Notes: generated by a model not told the origin, from the letters alone. A stretch of DNA of 49,261 nucleotides from Promethearchaeota archaeon (GCA_011364925.1 RDOA01000025.1:1-49261), one strand, 5' to 3'; shown: positions 39,113 to 49,051, counted from the stretch's first letter. A program made the numbers and translations.

Positions 39113-39798
39113 GTATCCTTTTCTTGGATGAACTTATGGGATATATGAAATCAAAAATTACGATTATCCTCTTTATCGTGCTACCTGTGATAGCTGTAAT
39201 AATGACCTTTATTACAGGTCAATTGGAGGATTTTCCTGCAACGTACCTTACTACCGTATTAGCTACGAGCCTTGCAGGTGCCCTTGGGGGAATAATGCTT
39301 GCCACAAGCATTACGAGCGAAATGAATAAAAACGTCTACGATCTCTTTCTCATTCGACCTGTAAAGCGTCGCAACATAATTATCGCGAAGTTTGTTGCGG
39401 TATATTTATGCACCATTGCTGCTGTGTGGTTATCTATTCTTACAGGAATAATTATTGATGCAGTCAGACAGGTCACAGTACCACAATTCTTCGCCGATCA
39501 ACTTCACGACTCCTTTATTACCGTTTTCTTTGCGCTGGCGATCACATGCTCCTTCGGGGCATTATTCGGAGTTGTAATGAAATCGGTGGCAGGTTCCGCC
39601 TTACTTTCGCTCTATGTAGGAAATCAAACAAGTAGTATCCTAACTCTGGTCATCCCTCTAATATCTCAAATGTTGGAATTACAATTAGGAATTACGTTTC
39701 CGTTTGATCCGCTTATCTTATCCATAATCATCGGCACTATAGCAAGCGTCGTAATCCTGTTACTCACTCTCGTAATTTTTAACAAAAAGCAATTTTAA
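39103..39798 (+). CDS. ABC-2 type permease; probable start at ATT 39103 (the track calls TTG 39124)
   Basis: About six TM segments; E......DLFLIRPVKR..I..AKF motif; SD GGAGGTG at 39089-39095. Confidence 0.85.
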   Translation: MSLGILFLDELMGYMKSKITIILFIVLPVIAVIMTFITGQLEDFPATYLTTVLATSLAGALGGIMLATSITSEMNKNVYDLFLIRPVKRRNIIIAKFVAVYLCTIAAVWLSILTGIIIDAVRQVTVPQFFADQLHDSFITVFFALAITCSFGALFGVVMKSVAGSALLSLYVGNQTSSILTLVIPLISQMLELQLGITFPFDPLILSIIIGTIASVVILLLTLVIFNKKQF

Positions 39799-39862
39799 TT
39801 CTCTTTTTCTAGTACTAACTGTAAAGATATTGATAAAAATAATAGAAGAAAAAAAATTCTAA

Positions 39863-41941
39863 TTAGATACTCGTTAAATCAATCGTAGTATATACCGCTG
39901 GGTGGTCTGATTGGTAATCACCAGTATAATGGATAAATGTAACGGATGCATTCAATTGTGACGATACAAATATGTGGTCTATTCTTTCATCTGGGATTAT
40001 ACGGTCGCCGGGTAGATTTGGATCAACAACTGCATATGCTGGATTAGAATTGTATACTAATTCCCAACAATCGTAGAGTTGAGCAACCGTTATATTATAT
40101 TGCTCAGTATTTGGCTCAAAATTAAAGTCACCCATTAAAATGACGTTTGATCTTCCCGCGGTGACGGTTAAAAGATTCTCTTGTTGGACGATCTGAGTTC
40201 TATCACCTAACGTTGTGTTTCTATAATTACCGAGGTGGGTGACGAAAATGTTGAATGTATTGGTACCAACAATAATCTGAGCCCAAATTGCTGCAGTTTG
40301 TTCTCCTACGCTTTCCATATAAAAGGTGCGAGGATTCAGAATTGGATATTTTGATAATAAGGCGATTCCAAACGTACCAGTAACAGTCTTAGGTCCGAAA
40401 TACGAATAATACCCCAATGATTCGCTAATATACCGGACAATATCGTTATTACCGTTTGCTATTCGATCTGTGTCTGACTCTACTAAGCCAACAATATCTG
40501 GGTTTAAGATATCAATAACGGCACGCTGTCCCTCAAAATTCAAATTTCCAGGTTCATCAGCTCCTTGTTGGATATTGTAGGATAGTATTGAAAGAGTATC
40601 ATCATTAGCAGTAGGGCGAATATGGGGTATTCCAAGAACTCCGCAACTTATTATCGTTCCTAAGGCGATAATTACGATTACGCCAATAGTTTTAAATATT
40701 TTCCCTGTGTTAATCCTAGAAATCTTGTTAAAGATGAAAGCTTCTCTCTTAACTAACAATAACGGCCAAACTATGAACGCACCTATAACTAAATATACAA
40801 GCCAAATCATATCTCTAAAGAGTGGCCCAACTAATGGGATGTAATCCCACACAGTAGTAAAAACGGCTGAGAATATGATAAGAACCGAAAATAAACTCGA
40901 CGCAAAAAAACCTGCTCCCATTTTCCGAGTTGAGGGTCTGCTTCTGAACAATTCCCTTAGTAAAATTACGAAATCAAACAAGACAATTGGCGATAAAACA
41001 AGCATTATGTAAAGAACTATATGGTGTAAAATCGTGGTTTCAGGAGCGAGTATTGGATAACTGGTTATAAAGACAAAGGGAATTTGATTAAGACCAATCG
41101 TGAGCACAAGCAATGTCACAAATATGATATTCCATAGCAATATACCTTTACTTGGGATTTTCGTGATTAAATTCGGCTTTACCGCTGCAACGATAATAAA
41201 CCCCGTGATCGCCAATATTACTATCGTGATAATAGCCAAGTAATCCCCCTCTGTCCATCGCGCAATGACGACAGGACTACTAAAAGCGAAATAACACAGA
41301 ATTAGTATGCTGAATAAGCCCATACACAGAGCTAAAATTTTCCATTTACTACCGTATTTTCCTTTATCGCTTGTCTTTTCCGTATCAGCTTCAGTTTTAG
41401 GAGGCCGCAATAAATTTATGGTTAAAATCGCCGCAATAATCGCAAGAATCCATCCAATCCATTGAAACCCAAATGTTAAGGTCAAATCAACCGAATAGTT
41501 AAGCGTTCTAAACAATATTGACAACGCTAGTCCAAAACCTAAACTAATTCCGAGCGATAATCCGCCTTCTTCACTACTCTTATGAGACCTTTTTTGAAGA
41601 TACACCGCCAAAAATAGTAAAAAGGTGCCAAGACCAATTCCGGTAAGAATCATCTTTATTTGGGTACCAAAAAACGGTTGTAAAACTCGGCAAACGATCG
41701 TAATCTCAGCAAGCACCACCATCGCTTTTTTAGAAAGTCCCTTTTTAAAAAACAGCAGCACGATTGGAGAAAGTAGAAATAATACCGCTGCGATATTTTC
41801 GTTTATTCCCGTGATAATAAGGTTTAAAAGATAAATCGACTCGATAAACTTGGTTATCTGTTCGAAAAAGAAGAAAAACAGAATGCCAAAAAGGACTATT
41901 TCAGAATAATATTTGCCTAAATATTTTTTATAGATTTCCAT
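39863..41941 (-). CDS. polytopic membrane protein with C-terminal EEP domain, CWH43/PGAP2IP-like
   Basis: About 430 aa of TM segments, then SYNIQQG, DIVGLVESDTDRIANGNND, YFGP, GIALLSKYPI, THLG, GDFN, IDHI, SDH. Confidence 0.85.
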   Translation of the reverse strand: MEIYKKYLGKYYSEIVLFGILFFFFFEQITKFIESIYLLNLIITGINENIAAVLFLLSPIVLLFFKKGLSKKAMVVLAEITIVCRVLQPFFGTQIKMILTGIGLGTFLLFLAVYLQKRSHKSSEEGGLSLGISLGFGLALSILFRTLNYSVDLTLTFGFQWIGWILAIIAAILTINLLRPPKTEADTEKTSDKGKYGSKWKILALCMGLFSILILCYFAFSSPVVIARWTEGDYLAIITIVILAITGFIIVAAVKPNLITKIPSKGILLWNIIFVTLLVLTIGLNQIPFVFITSYPILAPETTILHHIVLYIMLVLSPIVLFDFVILLRELFRSRPSTRKMGAGFFASSLFSVLIIFSAVFTTVWDYIPLVGPLFRDMIWLVYLVIGAFIVWPLLLVKREAFIFNKISRINTGKIFKTIGVIVIIALGTIISCGVLGIPHIRPTANDDTLSILSYNIQQGADEPGNLNFEGQRAVIDILNPDIVGLVESDTDRIANGNNDIVRYISESLGYYSYFGPKTVTGTFGIALLSKYPILNPRTFYMESVGEQTAAIWAQIIVGTNTFNIFVTHLGNYRNTTLGDRTQIVQQENLLTVTAGRSNVILMGDFNFEPNTEQYNITVAQLYDCWELVYNSNPAYAVVDPNLPGDRIIPDERIDHIFVSSQLNASVTFIHYTGDYQSDHPAVYTTIDLTSI

Positions 41942-42069
41942 AATTCACAATTTACCACCATTGTATTTAAGCTTTGAAAAAAAATAATATCTCATGGAGT
42001 TTATACGTCTCAAAAAGAATTAGCCATATGCTCAAAAATGTGACGATTTACGTAATACGCGTTTAATCC

Positions 42070-43872
42070 TTAGATATGTTGAGGAAATTTATATCCGCAG
42101 TTTACGCAAAACTGTGAATTTGGTAAACGCATGTATCCGCAATTAGAGCAGAATTTAAATCCCGTTGGCTCATAAGATGTTGTGACTTGATAGTTCGATG
42201 ATATATATGGTTGAGTCTCATACAAACTAAATGCTTTGGCTTCTTTTCGTCTGTTCCTTCTCACTACAGCAATTATTATCGCAGTAAGCGATACTAATGA
42301 GGCAACTGCTACGATTATAATTGCTGGAATTAAAAATCCATCTTGGTTTGGAGGTGCTGGACTCTCGATTTCAACCAGAGGATAACTTATCAAACCATCA
42401 TTGTTACTCTCGTCAAATTCTTGGACATCATCTCCAGAATCGATAAGCCAACCAACATAATAAGAACCATCAGGAACTTCGGTAGGAACGACCCCAGTCC
42501 AGTTTAAAGCAGTGTAAGTGAAAGGGTCTAAGTGGCTCACCGTAATATTTCCAAGTAAGTAATCGTATTGAGATATCACAGTATTCGTAGAGACATAGAA
42601 ACTCACCTTAAAAGAAGATGCAGCGAGCGTTCCCTCGTTCGCAACCTCACAATAAATTTCGAAAACAGTCTTGCCTGTTATCAGTTTTGTCTTACTAACC
42701 CCTGAATAATACCCTCTATCAAGTAAATCCGGCTTATCGTCAAGTAATGTACCATTATCCTCCGCTAACCAAGTGATTATCTGATTATATTTATCGGTGT
42801 TCAATCTCGTGCCAAAATTCGCATCGATACCTCCTAAATACTCGTAAGCAAGAATGGATAAAATGTATCGATTACTCCCGTCGTATCTCCATATGGGACT
42901 ACCACTCTGACCTCCAGCAGTGTCCATCCAAAACCAGTGGTTATACTCGTCTGCACGATCTCCGTTGTCTGTACAAAAATACATAACCTCTCCGAAATCT
43001 AAATCACCGGGGTATCCTGCCGTATTAAGTGTTCCGGTGTACACAGAGCTGGTATATGGTTCTGTTTCTCTCCCCATCCATCCAGTGAGTTGTCCAATGC
43101 TTCGATCAAGCGTTACAACTGCCCAGTCATGCTCAACCATTTCGCTTTGAATCCAACCTTGATAAGTTCTCATAGTTGTAGCATACGCAACTCCAAAAGG
43201 TTCATACGAACCGTCCATTCCAGGAACTATCGTAATCCCATCTACCCATCCTCCTGCATCGTGGATATAAACGCAATGCCCGACTGTTAAAACGTGATAT
43301 TCATCAATTATCGCACCAGATCCAATATAATGGCTACCGTCATGAGCATCTATGTACAATTTGCATATAGAACTCCATGGAAATGAAGTTGTGTTCGTTA
43401 TTTCTTGCCTATCGTCCGGAGGAAAAACAAATGAGCTCTGCAATCCTCCCTCTTGATTCTCGTTTACATCATCAAACCAATAATTAGCATTCACTATTCC
43501 CTCAAACGGTTCTACAATCGAGGGATATGTGATAGATAACGTATCATCTTTACTCGATACTTTTTCTGCGCCCGTTCTTAAATCGTATTCAACTGTATCT
43601 GTTGCGTTCTCTAACGGATCAAGAGCCTTATTAGCTGTTTTACTCCAATTCAGAGTGCTCTCAATAGGTTTGTAATCAATAATATTCCTATTTATATCCG
43701 TTTGAGGTGAATTAGACGAGAATTCAGGTTCATTAAACTCTTCTTGATTTTGGTTGTAGTTGTCAACCTCTAGCTTAGCAATATTACTACAAAAAAATAA
43801 AGCATATCCCCCTATAAAAGTAGGAAATACGATAAACAGCACAATAAAGTGCCTTATGCTCGACCTTTTCAA
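42070..43872 (-). CDS. membrane-anchored trypsin-like (glutamyl endopeptidase-type) serine protease with CARDB-like domain and C-terminal zinc ribbon
   Basis: VFPPDDR, LTVGHC, HDWAVV, AGYPGD, DTAGGQSGSP; EFDESNN (CARDB-like); TM followed by RRNRRK; CSNCG..CVNCG. Confidence 0.88.
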   Translation of the reverse strand: MKRSSIRHFIVLFIVFPTFIGGYALFFCSNIAKLEVDNYNQNQEEFNEPEFSSNSPQTDINRNIIDYKPIESTLNWSKTANKALDPLENATDTVEYDLRTGAEKVSSKDDTLSITYPSIVEPFEGIVNANYWFDDVNENQEGGLQSSFVFPPDDRQEITNTTSFPWSSICKLYIDAHDGSHYIGSGAIIDEYHVLTVGHCVYIHDAGGWVDGITIVPGMDGSYEPFGVAYATTMRTYQGWIQSEMVEHDWAVVTLDRSIGQLTGWMGRETEPYTSSVYTGTLNTAGYPGDLDFGEVMYFCTDNGDRADEYNHWFWMDTAGGQSGSPIWRYDGSNRYILSILAYEYLGGIDANFGTRLNTDKYNQIITWLAEDNGTLLDDKPDLLDRGYYSGVSKTKLITGKTVFEIYCEVANEGTLAASSFKVSFYVSTNTVISQYDYLLGNITVSHLDPFTYTALNWTGVVPTEVPDGSYYVGWLIDSGDDVQEFDESNNDGLISYPLVEIESPAPPNQDGFLIPAIIIVAVASLVSLTAIIIAVVRRNRRKEAKAFSLYETQPYISSNYQVTTSYEPTGFKFCSNCGYMRLPNSQFCVNCGYKFPQHI

Positions 43873-44064
43873 ACTTTTTCACCGAGGAATTTTGCTTAAT
43901 TATTCGTTTTTAAGCTTTAATGGCTATTTTTACTCGATTATATCTTCTTCTACCTATAAATAATTATCCACGATTTTTATTAACTCGTTTAAATTTCGAA
44001 TCTTCTTAAAAATTAGCTAAAAATAGATTTAACATCAGGCTAATGCAATTACTATCTAAAAAAG

Positions 44065-44086
44065 TGTTCAAAATTTCTTTTGAACA
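44065..44086. other. perfect 9-bp inverted repeat (terminator or operator candidate)
   Basis: TGTTCAAAA-TTTC-TTTTGAACA, about 50 nt past the 44136 stop and about 190 nt upstream of the protease. Confidence 0.4.
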
Positions 44087-44135
44087 AGCTTTTCCAATGA
44101 AATTTTATCTTTTAATTTACTTAATGTAAACTTAA

Positions 44136-44537
44136 TTAGGATTTAGGAAAGATAGTAGCAACCGCACTTAGTATCAACCCTATAATTACGCCTAAAAAAG
44201 TTACAAGAAGCGATATATCAGTATCTGTAAAAATATATCCTCCGACTACCACTAAACTATAGCAGACCGCTTGAAATGATACTATCAGCGTAAATATTAA
44301 GCCTATCGTCGTTCCATTATTTAGTTTAAAGCCATCAAATTTCACGATACCTGTTGCAAAGTATTTCAGAATAAATGTTGTAATAAATACCGCAATCAAT
44401 ACTATAATCCCATAAACCGGTAGAAAACTCATTGAAATATTTGCGACATTCTCCTTGATAAATGCCTCACTAAACGCTACTATAATCAGAGCCTCTCCCG
44501 GAAGCCCTCTAATCAAATTCTCTACATAATTTGGCAT
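44136..44537 (-). CDS. small hypothetical membrane protein
   Basis: About 3-4 TM segments. Likely start ATG 44537 (MPNYVENLIRGLPGE) with GAGGA upstream; the track start is 44564. Confidence 0.65.
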   Translation of the reverse strand: MPNYVENLIRGLPGEALIIVAFSEAFIKENVANISMSFLPVYGIIVLIAVFITTFILKYFATGIVKFDGFKLNNGTTIGLIFTLIVSFQAVCYSLVVVGGYIFTDTDISLLVTFLGVIIGLILSAVATIFPKS

Positions 44538-44707
44538 GATTCTTCCTCTTTTTTTATTGTTCAAATGTGAATTTCAATAATTAATTGAGGTTGCTTTTAT
44601 TTAAGAATTTACTCTTTTGTCAATAGAGTTTTAATAAAGATTACTAGGAATTAAATAGTTATATAGGATTTAATAAATATAAAATAAAGAAAAAACCAAT
44701 TTACAAC

Positions 44708-45703
44708 ATGCTAAATACGGAGAAAATAAAAGGGTGTTTTTGGGGTTTGGTTTTAGGTGATGCTTTAGGACAACCTGTAGAATTTTTCTCAATAGAAAAG
44801 ATTCGAGAGATGTATGGGGAAAATGGAATTCAAGCCCCGAAGGAAAATGCTATTTGGACCGATGATACCGAGATGACGATGGCAGTTACTAAAGCTCTCA
44901 TAACTATGGGTGGAGTGGAAAGATTTGTTGAATTGGATGATAATGATATCGGTGAAATATTTGCTAAGGAATTTATTACTTGGCTTGATAATCCAGGATA
45001 CGCTCCGGGAATAACAACTACTGGAGCTGTTGGCATTCTAAAAGCTCAAGGCCCCAAAGAATGGAGGATATCGGGTAAAAATGACTCAAAAGGTTGTGGA
45101 ACAGTAATGCGTGCAGCACCACTAGGACTTTGGTTTTCAAATGCTTTAAAACCAGAGTTACCCGCAGTTGATGGTCTATACCATAAAACTTTAGCTAAAG
45201 TATCCACTATACAGTCTGAAATTACACATGGTCATAAAGCTGCCACTGCCGCAGCTCTTGCAGGTTCTTATGCTGTAGTTCTCGCCATAAATGGTACGTC
45301 TCCCGATAAGATGATCCAGCCAATTCAAACCTATTGTAATCATATTCACCCTGATTTTAACAATGCGATGGAAAGACTAAAAACAAGCCTACTTAATCGG
45401 AGCGATGAAACATTTAAGACCGATCTAGAAGCACTTACTTATATAGGACAGGGTTGGGTTGGAGATGAAGCATTTGCTATGGCTCTCTATTGCGCAATCC
45501 AATATCCAAACGATTTAAAATCATGCCTTCGCGTGGCTGTTAACCACGATGGGGACAGCGATAGTGTTGCGTGCATTGCTGGCGGTATCCTTGGTGCCTT
45601 CAATGGTGTGTCCATCATTCCAAAAGATTGGGTAGATAAATTAGCTGAAAAGGAAAGAATGATGAGTTTTTTGCATCAAATAATAGGATTTTTCAAAGTC
45701 TAA
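44708..45703 (+). CDS. ADP-ribosylglycohydrolase (DraG/ARH family)
   Basis: GDALG.PVEF, WTDDT, GCGTVMR..P, ITHGH, GDSDS..IAG. Confidence 0.95.
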   Translation: MLNTEKIKGCFWGLVLGDALGQPVEFFSIEKIREMYGENGIQAPKENAIWTDDTEMTMAVTKALITMGGVERFVELDDNDIGEIFAKEFITWLDNPGYAPGITTTGAVGILKAQGPKEWRISGKNDSKGCGTVMRAAPLGLWFSNALKPELPAVDGLYHKTLAKVSTIQSEITHGHKAATAAALAGSYAVVLAINGTSPDKMIQPIQTYCNHIHPDFNNAMERLKTSLLNRSDETFKTDLEALTYIGQGWVGDEAFAMALYCAIQYPNDLKSCLRVAVNHDGDSDSVACIAGGILGAFNGVSIIPKDWVDKLAEKERMMSFLHQIIGFFKV

Positions 45704-45730
45704 AATAGAGAACAAAAAAAATTATTTCAA

Positions 45731-46561
45731 CTAGGAATTATCTTTTCCATATAATCCAAAAACAAAACAATGACTTAACCATACTTTAGAGATTAACGGA
45801 TATTTATCACGGGGGATAACGATTTTCCCCTTCTCATTCGGAGCCAACTCTCCATAAAATACCCGTTTTATGATGTTAGGAGTACGATCTTCTGATAGAT
45901 CCCGGGCTAAATCTTCAAAGTATGGTATAAGCGGGTTAATCGAACATGACCCCAGATATTTTCCAGCCTTATCTTGATCGCGAAAGGATTGGAGTATTTG
46001 GTCTTCTTGAGATTCTCCATCGCAACCGGGTGCCAAGATGAAGATTAAAAGGGGAATGTTCGAGTGCTGGAGGATTTCCACCATTTCCTTATCTCTTCCT
46101 TGAGGTCCACTTTCAGCTCCCTCGATTAAGGCATCCCCTCCAGTATCAATACCGATTACTAAATCGAAACCGAGAGAATCTATTTCACGAGATAAAACTT
46201 TTGAGCTATCACTCGTGCAATGAACAATATACGGACACCCATCGTATCCACGGGGGATACTTCTATCGATCCAGGTTCTGGTCCCATTATTGATCGATTG
46301 ATCATCGGTGCCTGTTTGCTTTGGAGGTAATCGGTATATGTTGGGAGTTATATGCTCTAAATCATTATCAATTCTCCTCTTTGTGTTTCCGTAAATAATT
46401 TTAGAATGTTCGGAAAAATCAAATAAAAATTGAACAGCATACGCGGAAATGATGTCAGATCCCCCTCCTAACCCTAAAATGAAAATCTTTTTATACTCAT
46501 AAAAATTAAACCGAAAGGGCAATTTTAAAAATCGTTCCATAAGACAGAAAAGGATACTCAA
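45731..46561 (-). CDS. DUF1152-like protein
   Basis: GLGGGSDI, GIDTGGDAL, D.EM, PGCDGE. The start may be ATG 46540. Confidence 0.7.
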   Translation of the reverse strand: MSILFCLMERFLKLPFRFNFYEYKKIFILGLGGGSDIISAYAVQFLFDFSEHSKIIYGNTKRRIDNDLEHITPNIYRLPPKQTGTDDQSINNGTRTWIDRSIPRGYDGCPYIVHCTSDSSKVLSREIDSLGFDLVIGIDTGGDALIEGAESGPQGRDKEMVEILQHSNIPLLIFILAPGCDGESQEDQILQSFRDQDKAGKYLGSCSINPLIPYFEDLARDLSEDRTPNIIKRVFYGELAPNEKGKIVIPRDKYPLISKVWLSHCFVFGLYGKDNS

Positions 46562-46592
46562 TTATAAATTTTTATCAATTATTTTGTTTAAA

Positions 46593-46614
46593 TGTAGAAT
46601 ATTGTAATTCTACA
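46593..46614. promoter_or_regulatory. 8-6-8 palindrome in a divergent intergenic region, operator candidate
   Basis: TGTAGAAT-ATTGTA-ATTCTACA between the 46561 (-) and 46714 (+) starts. Confidence 0.4.
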
Positions 46615-46713
46615 AGTATTTATTAGAACTCTAGAAAAATTAACTAACCCTGCTATAAAGATTTTTAAACAATCTTTTTTTAACACACTTATTACGATTA
46701 GAAGTTTTAGAAA

Positions 46714-47364
46714 ATGAATTTCATTCCAATCATCACATCCGTTATTTCTTTTCTGTTTTTTGCCCTAATATTGATTCAATTTATTAAACGACGCAAAATC
46801 CATCAAGCAGTATGGACAATCGCAATACTATTTTTTGGAATTTCTACCCTTATGGAATTCTTAATGAATCCTGATGTCCTCGGATTTAACATTGTTCTTT
46901 TTAGCCTATTCTATGTAACAGCGTCATCGTTAGTTGGATTTTTAGGTGCAGGTCAGCTTTATTTAGTATTTAAGAATAAACTATCTCATATTTTTTTGGT
47001 ATTTGTAATAGTATTTACAATAGGACTTATTTTTACCTTGGTCTTTACGCCTTTTCCTTCATCAATAACCTTTGTTGGTGAACTTGGAACTGATATTCGC
47101 GCTATTTCAGAGGGATACCCGATATCCGTAAGAATTTGGGCGATCATTTTAGCTTCTGTAGGAGGAGTTGTTCTGATTATAGGCTCCTTATATAGTTTTA
47201 TTCGAGACAGGACGCGGTATTACGCTCTCTTTTTCACACTCGGAGCTGTTTTTCCTATGCTTCGCAATATTCCCTTTGGATACCTAGGAAATGAATTAGC
47301 CAGTGTAATTTCGTTTTTTATCGGATTTCTATTGAGTCTTTATCATCTAAAAAAAAATCCGTAA
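46714..47364 (+). CDS. hypothetical polytopic membrane protein
   Basis: About 6-7 TM segments; LGAGQLYL; GG..LI.GSLYS. Confidence 0.75.
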   Translation: MNFIPIITSVISFLFFALILIQFIKRRKIHQAVWTIAILFFGISTLMEFLMNPDVLGFNIVLFSLFYVTASSLVGFLGAGQLYLVFKNKLSHIFLVFVIVFTIGLIFTLVFTPFPSSITFVGELGTDIRAISEGYPISVRIWAIILASVGGVVLIIGSLYSFIRDRTRYYALFFTLGAVFPMLRNIPFGYLGNELASVISFFIGFLLSLYHLKKNP

Positions 47365-47436
47365 TAAGAAGGGTAGGCTCGATTTCTTCCTATACTCTGA
47401 CTCTTTCTTTCTGCTTTTTGAAGTATTTAATGAATT

Positions 47437-48405
47437 CTAATCCAATTCAACTTGCTCAATTACATTCCTAAGTTTTGACGCCGATTTTTTAAATAGCTCT
47501 TCTTCTTGCGAGTTGAGGGCAATTTTCAAAACGCGAGACACTCCTAATTTATTTATAACTGCAGGTAAACCTAAATAGACATCGTTTATGCCTAAGTAAT
47601 TATTGACTAAAGATGAAACAGGTAAAATGGTGTTCTCATCGTGCAAAACTGCTTGGACGATTCGAGCTAGAGCTAAACCAATTCCATATGAAGTCTCACC
47701 TTTCCGTTCAATAATTTTATAGGCCGAATTTCTTACTTCTTCAAAGATTTTAGTTAATTCTTCATTTTCGCATAGTTCTTTCTTATTACAAATTAAGCAG
47801 TAATCTTTAATTAGCATCCCTCCAATCATAGCACTACTCCAAACTGCAAATTCACTATCTCCATGCTCACCTAAAATATATCCATGGACATTTCGAGGAT
47901 TAATATCATATCTTTTGCCTAATATATATCTAAACCTCGCTGTGTCTAATACCGTACCTGAGCCAAAAACCTCGTTTTCAGGTTTCCCTGATAGTTTAAA
48001 TGCTGCATACGATAAAATATCGACGGGGTTTGATACCACTAAAAATTTTGCGGAAGGAGCAAAATTCGTTATTTCAGGTATAATTTTTTTATACAATTGT
48101 ATATTATCCTTGATTAAATCTATTCTCGTCTCGTTAGGGCGCTGATTTCTTCCAGCCGTGATAACAACGATATCTGAATCTTTAATGTCAGGATAATCCC
48201 CCGCATCAATTTGTACTGGTGATATATACGGAGCACCATCCCTTAAATCCATAACTTCACCCTCTACTCGTTTTTTATCGATATCAACCATCACTATTTG
48301 ACGAGCTAATCCTTTTATTGTCAAAACATACGCAAAACGCACACCAACGTTCCCACATCCAATAATCGATATTTTTGGTCTTAAACTTACCATTTTTTTC
48401 ACCAT
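47437..48405 (-). CDS. ldh: L-lactate dehydrogenase
   Basis: IIGCGNVG, TAGRNQRPNETRIDL (Gln specificity position), SNPVD, GTVLDTARFR, GEHGDS, KGETSYGIG. Likely start ATG 48393 with SD GGTGA. Confidence 0.9.
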   Translation of the reverse strand: MVKKMVSLRPKISIIGCGNVGVRFAYVLTIKGLARQIVMVDIDKKRVEGEVMDLRDGAPYISPVQIDAGDYPDIKDSDIVVITAGRNQRPNETRIDLIKDNIQLYKKIIPEITNFAPSAKFLVVSNPVDILSYAAFKLSGKPENEVFGSGTVLDTARFRYILGKRYDINPRNVHGYILGEHGDSEFAVWSSAMIGGMLIKDYCLICNKKELCENEELTKIFEEVRNSAYKIIERKGETSYGIGLALARIVQAVLHDENTILPVSSLVNNYLGINDVYLGLPAVINKLGVSRVLKIALNSQEEELFKKSASKLRNVIEQVELD

Positions 48406-48647
48406 AGATTTATCCTTATCTTCTTTATCACAGTTTTATATAAAATCTTTTTTACTAATATCTAAAAGCAATTTTTAATTGTTCCTAAGGCTTTAGACTT
48501 TTAGGAAAATAAATTGTTTTTTTTATAAATTCTTAAGAAATTAACGCAATATGCTTCTTTTTGCAAGAGACAGATTTAAGTATATACAATTATGTATTTA
48601 CTACGGGATACATACAAAGAAATAATAAAAATTGCTCTAAAATTTAG

Positions 48648-48890
48648 GTGATTAAAAAAATGTCTATTGTTAAAAAGGAAATAAGTTCTGATTTTAACGA
48701 ATTTCCTAATCAAGAATTCTTAGAAGAGTCAAAAGATAATCTAAAAAAAGAAATGAGCTTAGTTACACCTTTAGAGCCTACCTTAGACCCAGTTCAGAAA
48801 AAAAGAAATGAAAAAACTTGGAAGCAGTCATTGGGTTATTATCTATTAAATCCTGAAAAATTTAGTTTTGGATTAAAGGATTTTCGTTAA
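48648..48890 (+). CDS. small hypothetical protein (likely start ATG 48660)
   Basis: AGGTGA SD before ATG 48660; 76-80 aa. Confidence 0.55.
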   Translation: MIKKMSIVKKEISSDFNEFPNQEFLEESKDNLKKEMSLVTPLEPTLDPVQKKRNEKTWKQSLGYYLLNPEKFSFGLKDFR

Positions 48891-49051
48891 ACCAAAATCG
48901 TGAGAGTTCTGAACATCTCTCCTCCAATTTGGGACTACTAATTTTTTATTTGCTTTCTTTTTCAGCTAATTTTAGAATTATAAGTAACAACTTTTTATAA
49001 TTGATCTCAATACTTAACTAAACAATATTAAAATTAGGCGGTTTAAGAAAA

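Noticed and set aside
46714-47364. Second rhodopsin (about 7 TM)
   Set aside because: No Lys within the last helix and no RY/RW-xD/E motif in helix 3.
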